Assembly (NCBI RefSeq): GCF_000143415.4
Contig: NW_003314338.1
Location: 839,795-903,794, forward strand
DNA: 64,000 nucleotides
Source: Selaginella moellendorffii
Taxonomy: Eukaryota; Plantae; Lycopodiophyta
Direction of reading: 5' to 3'
How positions within the stretch are numbered: position 1 is the stretch's first letter; every line of letters starts with the position of its first letter. Below are positions 25,618-38,485 of this stretch, piece after piece. Under the pieces are notes generated by a model. The model saw only the letters and a list, made by a program, of their open reading frames with translations. It did no database searches and was not told the origin of the DNA. Position numbers and translations under genes: made by a program.

Positions 25618-26179
25618 CCGCCCTAGCTTGAATTAACTGGTTTAAAATACATTACTTTGATTAAGTCCATTAGCTTCATAAACTGACTTAAAGCAATCGA
25701 TGGCGATGGCGCTGGAAATGCTGGATTTCTTCTCCATCAATGCTGGTAAATTTTCTTTTGGTGACCTATAGGAGAGCTTTCTCCTAGCTCAATTCATCTC
25801 TTCTTCTTGACAATAGCAGATGAGGAAGAAGAGCCAGTCAAAAACACTAACTAGCTCTTTTAGTTGTTTTCTGCCTTTCGGTATTGCCATTCTCTGTAAG
25901 TAGAGCTTTCTATATTTCCAGAGGCTTTTCGTTATCGATTTGTAAATCATAGGCACTGTTGTCATAGCAGACAGTTCTGCAATTCGTTCCATCCCCGGCA
26001 ATTCTCGCAATGTATCCAAGGCAGCCAATTGTCCTCTTTCGTCATGCTGCGCGCTGAAAATCTCTTGGATCAAGAAATCCTCTCGGAGAACCAGTTTTGC
26101 AGCAGTCCCAAGGACTTCAAGTAGAAAAGTCTACCGAGGAAAAACAAAGGGATTATACTGCTCTCCTTCTCTGGTATTC

Positions 26180-28505
26180 CCACTTTCCCGAAAACATCAT
26201 TATCAATGTTTGAGTCGTCCTCCACTCTAAATATCACCTGGAATGCTTTTGTCTCGCCCTTGTACTTGAACCGCATCACTGATGGATGAACCGACACCGA
26301 CACACTCTCCGGTGCCTCGATAGATGCGGTGTAGTTCGTCGCACCATCTCGGAGATGGCAATGGATGGATAGTTGAGGTCTGTGGGATTGTCGGGACACG
26401 TAGCAGAAGTTTCCGTGAGGCATTGAAGTTCAGTCTGGTTGTATCCCAGACCGCAGAGATATCCAATGTAGTCTTGCTTGTTGGCGTCGTATACTAGGCC
26501 AGGGTGTGCAGCAGCATTTGGATTTACGTCCCCTCCACCAAAATGAAGTTGTGATGCAGGAGTTCCTGATGAATTCTTGATTGGTTCTCCAAGATTATCG
26601 AATGAGTAACCTGTTTTGTTTTGAAGTGTCATGAACCATGAAGGTTCCAGATGCAAGTCGGTATGGTCCTTCGGAGTTATTGAATTGTGCGTGTGCTGTT
26701 AGAATGTTTACTCCTGGAGCTGTAATATTGGGCTGAGAGAACAAAAGTCTTTAAAAACTACCAAAAAAATAGCCTGGATCAATACGGTTGGGACCGGAGG
26801 ATGCCATGAAAGGAGGAGGCTTTTGATTTCTCAATGTTATTTGACGCTGCATATCCGCTATAGGATCTCTGCCAGGCACACAAAGGTAAGAAACAGAAAG
26901 AAGAACGAAGATTTTACCTTGTAGATTTGATATATGAAAAGATGGCTTGTCCAACTTCTTCATCGACATGAATTCAGGGAAGATATTTATTATCAGGATT
27001 TTGATCGACTAGAGTGGAGTTGCAAAAGATAATTCCAGCTCCGCCAGCTCGATCAACTTCGCGTGATTGGAACCCTGGCTGCATCGGACCATGCCCGGAC
27101 TTTCTCGGGATCCAAAGACCGGGTCATACACAATTGCCTGCAGCATTAATAGTGTTCTCAAATCCATACATTAAGATGATATTTTACCTGGCTGTAAAGT
27201 TGGAAGTTGGCAAACCACCATCGGCTCCCGCAGCAAGATGATACCAGCTTTTTTAATCTTTGCTCCGTCATACTAAAACCCCGAAATGATTTATTGTTGC
27301 CAAGGTAAAGGTCTCCAAAATAGGATCGATCAAGAGTGCTCGATCCAACAGTGATGACCCAAGGAGCTCCATTTTGCACAGAACCAGGACCCAGAGTCTG
27401 CTGCGCGTTTCCAGCAGAAGCTACCACCACAATGCCTTTCTGCATGGCATGGAATGAACCCGATCGACAGTGCGTGCTGGAAGTAATCGCCGAATACGCA
27501 GAAAGCGTGAGTCTGGAGCGCCACCTTTTGCAGTGCCTTTGCCAGTTTGCGTTTCTCACGAATCGGCCTCCGGCAGTGGAAGCCGTGTGAGTTCCATGGC
27601 TGTGAACATCTCTTGGAGAAAGAAGTTCTTCGTGTGCTTTTGCATAAGCCTCGGGACCATCTTGCAGGCCGTTGGCACCTATATGTTTCCTGAAAGATCA
27701 AAGTTGAAAAAATTAAAATTCACGTGAGTGTTGTTTTGACTTGTTGCAGTGAGAAGGGTTGAATTGCGCCCCAGTTTCGCAGTTCCTTTCCATCTTTCGG
27801 GGATTGGTCGGAAAAGCTTTCCGACTCTGGCCATACTCCTGGAGAAAACCAGTAAAAAGAAGAAGAATACGAAAAATGAACTATGAATCCAAAACACCGA
27901 TGATGATGTCTTTGCCAAATTTTGCTCTCCTCCATAGCCACGATGATTCGGTAGCTCCGCTAGCACCGTACAAGGATTTCTCTCCATTTCCATAGAGGCC
28001 GAGAAACTCCCATGAGTTTGTGGTGTGGACCGTGTGAATTTTGTTGAGAAAGACGGACAACACGTTTGGGAGACCTGCAGTGTGAGAAGAGGTTGACTTA
28101 CATTTATAAACTTCAAGTTTTTCATGTTTAGCCGCTTGTTCTTCTGTTAGACGAGCCGAGAAGCCACTAAATCCATGCCTGTAGCTAAAACCCAGTGATT
28201 CTCTGGCAGCCTCGGCACTGGCATAAACGAATTTGGATGAAGTCATACTCTTTTCTTTTGTGATCAAAGTTTTACCTTCCTAGAACGTCGTGAAGGAGTG
28301 CGTGATGGGAGCCAGTAACAGCATCTGGATGGAGCGATTTATCGACATTCCCCAAATAGACAATGTGAGTGTCTCCTTGATCTCGTCCCTGGAAATAGAA
28401 TATAACGCAAGGGCTTATAAATTATAAGTTATGCTACTTAAGAACCTGAGCGATGGAAATCGCACTTGAACTTAGAAGGATGAATAGATAGATTGAGAGC
28501 GCCAT
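26180..28505 (-). pseudogene. Subtilase pseudogene, inverted paralog of 7472-10293
   Basis: Same exon order and motifs ([30 protein letters not shown]) but multiple deletions and frameshifts; catalytic-Ser segment after SGT missing; truncated after DVFGK. Confidence 0.9.
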
Positions 28506-29059
28506 GAACTTGGAAGACTTCTGTTGAAGATTTGTATATGATAATTTATATTGGAGGTGTCCTTGTGTAACGCGGTCACCTTTTTTGACGACTAATTCAG
28601 GAGAGTCCGCTCGTGATGCTAAATTTAAGAAGCAAGAAACATTCATACAACGATCTGGTGCTGTATGTTCGCTGCAGGGAAGCTGCAACATTGAGCTGAA
28701 AACATATAAACTTAACGATTTTCTTCTTTTACCTTGTTGGCCTCGCCAGCTTTGTCCACAAACTTTTCTATGAGCTAGCCAGGGCTCTAGCTTTCCTCTT
28801 GCCAGTCTTCTTGAATGCGTTGCTGAAGGAGCCCTAGCTCCGTCAGTCCTCATCTCAGCATACGCATTCCCAAGTGTGGAGTGTTCGACAACTGTGGCTG
28901 CCATGGATTACTCGCATTTAAGCGTAACACAGATGGAATATTAAAATAGATTCTTAATAGATAACATTTTTCTTCTTAAAGTAAGCCCTAGTCGTCCAAG
29001 TAAAGAGTAGCAAGTAAGTTTGGCAAAACCTTGGAGGCCAGTGGGAGCTGGAGCTGCAA

Positions 29060-29414
29060 AGATGCCGCGAGTTCCTCCTCCACGGTGCAGTGCCACCTCC
29101 TCCTCGACAAGCAGGGCAAGCAACGCCTCCACGAGCAGTTGCTCCTCGGTCACCACGAGTAGCAGGGTCTACACTGGCACCACCGAGCTCGCCACGATCT
29201 CCTCAAGCGGCTCCTCGTCCTCCTCAGGCCGTGTCACCACCACAAGCGGCTCCTCATCCTCTTGGGGCAGTGTCACCACCATGAGCACTGCCACAAGAGA
29301 CTCCTCCTCCTCCTCGGGCAGTGTCTCATCGTCCGCTAGCACCACCATCTGAGGGCAAAGCTCCTCCTCCTCCTCCACGGGCAGTGTCTCATCGTCCGCT
29401 AGCACCACCACCAT
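29060..29414 (-). repeat. Low-complexity tandemly repeated segment related to the 3' part of the K/E-rich orphan family
   Basis: Repeated ggcagtgtctcatcgtccgctagcaccacca; reverse complement cagatggtggtgctagcggacg matches 4327-4348 and 11267-11300. Confidence 0.65.
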
Positions 29415-30346
29415 CCACAGGGAACTCGCGGATCATAGTTGTATGGCTTTCCAGTCCCGCAGCAAGATTCTGGTCCGTTCTGAGAGCCTGGAACGATCCG
29501 TAACTAGAGAAGAGATATAGGATGCCGGTTACCATTGGACGGAGTCCCGAAAGCTGGCTCGCAGCATGTCTACGGTGATCCTGAGACGCTCGTTGTGAAG
29601 AATTGTGATCCAGTTATAGTCGATGGGGCAGCCCATGGTGTCGTGGTCATTGGGATCCGTGCTGGCGAAGCTGGTCAGGAACTCGGGCACCATGAAGTTG
29701 GCCGCTCTGAAAGTCGTCGAGAGGAACTATACGAGGAAAAGTATTGGTGAGGTTAAATGTTCTCCACGACGTGGGGGATTACAGTGCGCTCCGCTTCACG
29801 AACCGTCCTGTTATCGCGGAAGAATGCATATCTGTTGTTGTAGAGGCCCGATTCCTCGTTAGGCAAAGGCCGGTGATCTTAGCTGTTAAAAATCGCGGGT
29901 GAATAACCAAGTAGAAATGGAAGAGATGAAATAACCAACTTACCAAGAGATTGATTCCCAAGAGCATCTCTCACGAGCCACTGGATCTGAGGCATGAGAG
30001 GGTATGGGTCTGCCGAGATCCACTCGAGTTGGCAGCCCTCCCTCCTGCAAATTCGAGACAACAATTCCCAGCGCCTGAGCTGCGGATCGCCCAACAGAAG
30101 ATGAGATTCGAGCAAGGAGAATGATATTACCGACGACATCCAGCATCAGGCGCCCATCCGAGAGCCGCCGCTTGCAGTAGGGCGCCTCGTCCTCCACTGG
30201 AGGTTCCCGACATTGCCCCAATCGTCGCCAAAGCTGAAGAGCACCTGTGGCCGCCGCCGCCGCCTTCGCGCTGCCCCTGCGCCAAAATGCCGCACAACAC
30301 AGGCAAGACAAGCGATGGAAACCTCATCGATCTTACAACCCGCCAT
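29415..30346 (-). pseudogene. GDSL-lipase-like pseudogene, inverted paralog of 1-1225
   Basis: FSFGDDWGNVGN, RRLSDGRLMLD, NDHDTMGC, KPYNYDPR with many deletions and frameshifts. Confidence 0.9.
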
Positions 30347-30419
30347 TTTTCCCGATGAAAATGGTTTAGGGTTCTAAGTTTTAGCCCGGCAAGATAACTC
30401 TAACTCAGAAATGAGTTAA

Positions 30420-31225
30420 AAGAGTAAAGTTTAAAATAACAAATATAATATTAAATATTTTTAGAATATCAGATATATTTAATATATTTAAGAATATTTT
30501 AGGTATATTCACTAGCTCCTAAAAATGATACAAATCGTTGGTACTTTATATTATTACAAGATAATTTTATGTTTTGAATTGCAGAAAAAACTCTAGGAGT
30601 ATCTTTAGTAGTAGCATTATTAGCTTCCAAATGTTCACATTAGTCCTTGGAGCAAGGGACACTGAGACCATGTTGCAAAACCATCTGTGAAATATAATTT
30701 GTTTTTATAAGAAAGCCATAAAAATTTGTTGCAAATGGCTAGTTTTTTTTTAATTATTTCTCAATATTATTTACTGTCACATATAGCTATTTTAAATTAT
30801 TAATTTTTTTTTGATATACCAGAAGAAGAGATATGTTTGAAAAAATAAAAAAGCTAAAGTAAAAAAGATGAGAGCTCATACAAGGAGAAAGGTTTGATGT
30901 GTAAGCTACAAAGGGCAAGTAATGGTGAATTTGGATCTATCTAGAGGTGGCCAAAATGAAGCACATTATTTTCATTTTTCTCCCTCTAGATTCTTCCTGA
31001 TTCTTGGATTCCTGGTTGGGGCTCGTTTGATCTTTGGCAAGAGATGGAGTGCTAGAGTAGGAATTAGGTGTAGCGTGGAATGCAGGGGTTGGTGTGGCTC
31101 CAAGAGTATACCAAACCAAACCACTCTCATGTACAAAAGGTTAAACCAATTAATTTTGATGGTAGAACATATAAGTGTTTAACAAAGTTTATAAATTATG
31201 GTAAAATATTCCAAACATATTTGAG
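30420..31225 (+). repeat. Helitron 3' subterminal region plus downstream sequence, paralogous to about 14050-14860
   Basis: Hairpin ccttg-gag-caagg at 30645-30657 and colinear continuation (aaggtttgatgtg..aagctaca; accaaaccact..catgtacaaaag). Confidence 0.75.
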
Positions 31226-32650
31226 CTTCCACCAGAGCTTCCTCGAGCTGCTTTGCTCGTCCCAGCATGCCGATCATGCAGTGGTTGCTCAATGCCCGGA
31301 TCTAATCCACACCTAGACATCATCTCCTGGAAAAACTTTTTGCCTTGCTCGATCATCCCAGCCCGGGTGCAAGTCGTTAAGTTACACCGTCCGGCTTGAC
31401 ACCCCCCTCACATCACTTGATCGCTGTCTCCCTGGCGGCTGTAGCCCGCGATAAGTGAGCTCCAACTCACAGCATCCTTCCTCGAGACCGAGCTAAAAAC
31501 CAGCTCCGCTTCGTCCATGCTCCCACAGCTGCCGTAGAAATCGACCAACGAAGAGATCACGGCTCCCTGGAACTGGAACCCCAAGCTCGTGATCTCTTCG
31601 TGAAGTATCCGGCCAAGCCTCAAGGCTACCGAGCTTCCACCAGCTTTGAGCGCGCAAACGAGCGTCCACACGTCTGGAGAACATCCCTCAAGTTGCATTA
31701 GGAAGAAAAAATGTAAAGCAGTTTCGGCCTGGCTGTTTTCAACATACCCGAGCACCAATGCCGTCCAGAAGACTTGATTTGGCTGGAAAATGGTGCTAAA
31801 CACTCCAAGAGCATCGCCCATGCTGCCACAAGCCGCGTACATTTGGATCAAGAAGCTGTGAAGAAAGATATCCAAGCGATGCATATGGTTAGTAATTTGC
31901 AAGGGTTGCGCGTGAAAAGCCATATCTCTTTCCAGAGACTTCAGCTTGAGTATCCTTCCATGGATTGTATCTTCTCCTCATTCCCTCTTTGCTAGGGAAG
32001 TGTTGGCCTGGAACACCGCAACAAAGGTTCTGGCATTTGCTCCACTGCTTTCTCGCTGAAGCACCACCTCGCTCTGCCCATTCTCTACACATCCCTGCAT
32101 CAAAGAAGTCCATAGAACTACGTCACGCTTTGGAGCTCCATGAAAAACCTTCCACGCATCCACCACGGTTCCACACCGAGCATACATTTCCACCAGGCTG
32201 CTAGCTACGAAAGCGTTTGTGTCGATTCTTCGAAGAGCCATTCCTCTCTCGACAGAAGAAAACTTCACGACGAGCTCTAGATCTTGTAAAACCTTCCCAT
32301 TTTCCTTCTCTGTGAGGCTCGCGCAGGCCTTGAGCAATCCAATAAACGTGACAGAGCTCCCTTGCAAGCCTCGCGATTCCATGTCCAGGAAGAGCTGGAG
32401 CGCAACCCCGCCATGCCCATTCTCGGCATAGCCCAGAATGAGAGAATTCCACGCGACGGGGTCGGGGCAATCCATCCGGTCGAAATCCCTGCATGCCTCG
32501 CCCATGCTGCCGCACTTGCCATAGAGATTCACCAGGTTGCTCGTCACGAACGCATTGGAATCGAGGCCGCAGCGCTCCGCCTCGGCGTGGATTTGCTTAC
32601 CCCGGGATCGAGAGCATTCCTTGAGCGACGCAAGGAATCTCCTCACCTCG
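31225..32650 (-). pseudogene. Pentatricopeptide repeat (PLS-type) pseudogene
   Basis: Repeats LVNLYGKCGSMGEACRDFDRM..DPVAWNSLILGYAENG, LVEMYARCG, LIQMYAACGS, LVDFYGSCGS..DAVSWSSLIAGY; broken across frames. Confidence 0.85.
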
Positions 32651-32884
32651 CAATCGCTGGAGCGGGCGCGGCCAAGCTTGGAACGGAAAGCTCGAGATCG
32701 CGAAGAGGAAGAACGAAGGTTTCATTTGATTCTTTGTTTCAAAGGGTCAAGATAGTCTTATAAACGGTCAAGGTTGTCCGTTCTAAAATAACTAGGCTTT
32801 GATTACTTAAACAGTGTGTTTGTTTAATTACATTTTTTATTGCCATATAAAAGGGCCTTTTAAGATTCACACAATCAGGGTTCA

Positions 32885-33577
32885 ATGGCAGCGGAGATCG
32901 AGAGTGTGGACAAGAAGGCTAACGCTGTGGCAGCAATGAACGCGATCAAAAAGGGAAAGAAGAGGCAGCGAGACAAAGAGGGACAAACTCATACAAGGGT
33001 TAGTGCTCCAAAAAGAAGGCATGAGCTTGAGGAGGAGCCTCCTATGGTCCCGGAGAAAAATCTGAGCAGCAAGGTAACATACAAGATTGATGGGTTAGTT
33101 ATCACTTCCCACAACAATTTTCATGACTTTTGGCCGCGATCAACATCCAAACTACCGGCACCAGACTACCTCCACTGTGCTGGAGCTCAAGAGCTTCACA
33201 GCCTCCTCACCCAAGAGCTCTACAGGAGAGACCGTGAGGATTGTGGCCCGAGGAACGCCCAGCTCTTGGTGGTGATTGGCGGGACGAGATGTCATATGAT
33301 GAGGCGACTTGAGGACTTGTGCCACTCGACTAGACGTGCTGGAGACAAGATCTGGTATGGAGTCCAGATTAAGGAGGGTGGAAGCTTGTGCACACTGTTC
33401 AAGTATATGTTTGATGGGAGGAGCGCGAGCATGAGCCGGGACATGTCCAAGGAAATCCATGCCAAGGATTGCACACACAAGACAAACAACATGATTCAAG
33501 AGATCCTCTCCCATGTCTCTGGGAACAAGAGCAACAGTTACTTCTCTCCAATCCGTGTGGAGAGCGTCCACCATTGA
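32885..33577 (+). CDS. Hypothetical protein, 230 aa, single exon, basic N-terminal cluster
   Basis: Open ATG-initiated ORF with a TATA-like catataaaag about 35-40 bp upstream; no family recognised. Confidence 0.45.
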   Translation: MAAEIESVDKKANAVAAMNAIKKGKKRQRDKEGQTHTRVSAPKRRHELEEEPPMVPEKNLSSKVTYKIDGLVITSHNNFHDFWPRSTSKLPAPDYLHCAGAQELHSLLTQELYRRDREDCGPRNAQLLVVIGGTRCHMMRRLEDLCHSTRRAGDKIWYGVQIKEGGSLCTLFKYMFDGRSASMSRDMSKEIHAKDCTHKTNNMIQEILSHVSGNKSNSYFSPIRVESVHH

Positions 33578-33862
33578 AATCACCCATGTGATTAAAAGCT
33601 TTCACTGTAAGAGAGTACATCAAAATGGAGAACAATTAAAAGTAGCGTGTTATTTTTTTGGCTATCCCTCTCGATCGACATTAGTTTTGCAAACTTGGCT
33701 AGCAATTCTACAACCGTGACTCCCACCCACAAGTTTCAGTCTCTTGATTTTGTCCTGGGCCGTGCTTTTACTTAAACACACAGATTATTCATGTTATTCG
33801 ATATTTCAATCTTACCAGAATGCAACCGTTTAGTGGGCGTTAATGCTTCTTATTAATGTAAT

Positions 33863-33925
33863 GGGCATTTGGTCTAGTGGTATGATTCTCGCTTTGAGGT
33901 CGCGAGTCCGCTCCTCCCAATGCCA
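33863..33925 (+). pseudogene. tRNA-Pro pseudogene
   Basis: gggcatttggtctagtggtatgattctcgcttt matches the plant tRNA-Pro 5' half; about 8 nt of the anticodon arm missing; T-arm degenerate; 3' acceptor aatgcc retained. Confidence 0.8.
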
Positions 33926-34594
33926 TCTTCCTTTAAGTTGATCGTTGTTCCAAATCAGGTTCAGATTAAGAAAGATTCAGAAATGCGTAATTGCTTATTG
34001 AATTTTACAATCAGAAAGGAAACAAACAAGAGAAAAACTGTCACGCTTGCACTGCCCGTGACGATGAAACGGCACACTTCCGGGTGGAGCTTGGATCTGT
34101 CAACGAGGCCTTCTTTCCGTCCGGGTCGAGCATCATCGCCGAAAACCTCTCGTTCTTCCTGGGAGCGTTGCTGGATCCTCCTCCTCCTCCTCCTGCTTCT
34201 GTAGAGATCGAGAAAGCGGCGGAGCTGCGCGGATATGGTGGAAGAATGCCGTCGGCTACGTGGGATTCCGGGACGACCTGGCCGTTTCTCACGTTGAAAG
34301 AGCCGTGCCTTCTCGTAGTATGACTGGTAGATGGAGCGCATCATCGAGCGCGGAATGCAAGCCTCGAGAGTGCTCCTCGGAAGATAACTTGAAAGATCAC
34401 AGAGCTGGTCCAGGAATATCAGCTTTGCTACGACTGAAAGGAGTACAAAACAAAACAGTGAGATTGCCAGAGGAACAAAGAAGAAAAACCTGGTTTAATT
34501 GTGGCTTTGGAGTGCTGTTGCTCCAAGATAAACTTGAGATTATAGTGGTCAATGTGGAGAATAAAACACCAAGGCAAAAGATAATACAGATATG

Positions 34595-34770
34595 GTGATA
34601 GGACTTTTTTTTCTTTCTTTCAAATTTGCAGGAGACCAACTGTGTAACAAACAACCAGATTTGTAGAGTTTATGTTTTGTAAATGATGTACAGCTGAAAA
34701 TAATTATGAGAAAAGCTATAAGAATGAAAAACAAGACTGGATCTTTATAGGGGTATTGTCAGCACCCGCA
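34595..34770 (+). repeat. Captured RIN2 3'-end fragment, partial copy e (same orientation as copy d)
   Basis: cagatatggtgataggactttttttctttc..gcaggag..aatgatgtacagctgaaaataattatgagaaaagcta..gggtattgtcagcacc matches 15468-15686. Confidence 0.85.
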
Positions 34771-35686
34771 ACAATGCAACACCCCTTGATAGACCTTGGC
34801 ATGTCAACCTCTGCCATATCGCTGTTAACTCACAGGTAAAAAACATAACCATCCTTCCTCCAAAGTACCAACACCTTTAGAGGCGGCTTTGGGAGAAGCT
34901 CTGTTTTGTGCTTGATAGTAAAGCCGATCATCGTCTGCATTTTTTTAAAAAACTTTTATAAATAATAATAATAATAATAGTAAGAAAATGAAAGAAACAA
35001 AGAGCTGCAACAATGGTTCTACGCACATTTTGTTGTCAGAGGAAGGACAAGCTTCCTCTCTATAAGTATAAAACTTTTTTTTTCGTTCTTTCTTCGCACC
35101 TCTTTTTGACGAAGATCTTCCGCGTTGTTGGTGAGCGACAAAGCTCACGAAATCTGCTTCTAGTGTGTGCCCAGGCTGCAGGCCAGCCACCACGCACAAG
35201 TACCACTCCCCAAGAACACCAAAACATCACTGCGACTAGAAACAATTAAACAACGAGAGACAAGACAAGGAAGAAACGAGGAGGGGAATTGAGACCTCTT
35301 ACAATCTTACAAGATTTGTGCTGAGCTTCTTCGCTTTGTTGCCTGCGTCCCGGACCCGCCCCCGGTGGGGGCAGTGAGACGCTTGTCGAGCACTGTGCAC
35401 ATTAAAAACTTTGGTTTCCCATCCACCTTCCTTCTCGCCTAGCTTGTCTTCCTCTTTTTTTAACAGCGCGGCCTGTGTAAGAGCGCGAGCAATATACTAG
35501 TTAGTATATAATTCCCCTGGGAAGCCCAGACTTACATGTATCCAGCAGTGTGTCTCTCGAACTTGCAACGCAGAATTCCGCGGTCCAGTGGAAGTGCTCT
35601 CAGCAGAAGCAGCAGCGTCTTGATTCTCCTCCTCTGGAGAGATGGTGACGACGATCATCAGTGGCAGGGCCAGGCGAGGAGCGAGG

Positions 35687-36236
35687 ATGCAGCAAACTCT
35701 CCTCGCCTGGTTGGTTCAGGGGATCATGATGAACTTACTCCTCTCTGCAGCTTCTGCCAGATTGCTACTCCTGCAACAGCATCATCACCGGGATCAAGGT
35801 AAGCTGAGATATCACAGAGAGAAAGAGTGCAGGAGAAATGCTCACACCTCGACAGCTCGTTTCAAATCTTCCAGAGTCGTCATTAAAGGCGAGGTTTTGC
35901 TTTCCCCTCACTCGTCTCGGCTTCTTAAAGAGGTAAGAGCTGGCACGAGCAATTCATTTCTCGCCGCATCTGATCGCATGGTTTTGGACACAGAGAGTTG
36001 TTTCGGATGGGCTGAAAGCAGCGGCAACAACTGCGGCAGAAGCACAAACGCAACGAGTCAGAACTCCGCTGCCGGAAAAGATATCTTCGAGATTTTCTCA
36101 AAAACAGGAGATCGATTTCAAGAGCTACACGCTGCATGACAATCGCCACCACCACCAAAAGCCGAGAGAGAGCGAGGACTACACCTTTCATGTAGACTAC
36201 GCCGGACCCAAGCGACATCCTCCCCACAGTCATTGA
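35687..36236 (+). CDS. RGF/GLV/CLEL-like secreted peptide precursor; exons 35687(or 35642)-35798, 35856-35932, 35994-36236
   Basis: Hydrophobic signal-like N-terminus MQQTLLAWLVQGIMMNLLLSAASA; GT-AG introns of 57 and 61 bp keep the frame; ends ..EDYTFHV-DYAGPKRHPPHSH*; TATA-like tatataa near 35505. Confidence 0.85.
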
Positions 36237-36712
36237 CCCGATGTTCCATTCTCAGCCACTTCTTTCAGATACTTCAATGCAGGACACTGCCAGCAAAAAG
36301 AAAAACATGTAGTAGTTAGAACCTGCTCGAAATCGAGTATCAGATCTTCTTTCACGGCGGGAAAATTCAGCTGCTTTTTTACCTTGTAAAAATTCTCCAA
36401 TAAAACCTTGAAAAGGAACTTCAATCAGCCACGAAAGCATGGCAGCCTTACGCATAAAAAAAACAAGGACCTTGATGAACATACCAGAAACCGTACAATA
36501 TAAAGAACATTTGTTCAAGTCTCCCCAAAAACCAAGTTAGTTCGATCAATAATTGCGAAATCCTTACCTTCCCAGTACAATAGAATGCTGATACAGGACT
36601 ATAACAAAAAAGTATTATATAAGCGTACGGCAAAACAAAAACAAAACAAAAAGAAACCGTTATTCTCCAAACCAAAACCAGCAAAGCCGAAGAATTTGCC
36701 ACCGCTCTCAAC

Positions 36713-38355
<1,643 letters not shown>

Positions 38356-38485
38356 CGCCAAAATGCGACAAGCAAATGCCAATTTATAGTATGTAGCCTA
38401 ACTTCTATCCCGCGGAGTCGAACACGCTACTCCTTGCCAAGCACACGTCACGAGTTCCAATCCACTCTCTTTTCTTTTCTAACTT

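Noticed and set aside
25789-26180. Alternative C-terminal extension of the minus-strand subtilase
   Set aside because: Subtilase is already disabled; the following 94-aa ORF has no recognisable family and is probably an unrelated fragment at a breakpoint
29090-29503. Extensin/AGP-like Pro-rich protein on the plus strand
   Set aside because: Interrupted by a stop, no signal peptide, and fused to the antisense of the GDSL pseudogene; low-complexity repeat
33961-34598. GC-rich segment with ORFs on both strands
   Set aside because: No recognisable domain or consistent gene model; left uncalled
35933-36139. C-terminal part of the 165-aa ORF 35642-36139 as given
   Set aside because: Reads through an intron; the spliced frame gives the conserved peptide motif and better explains the sequence
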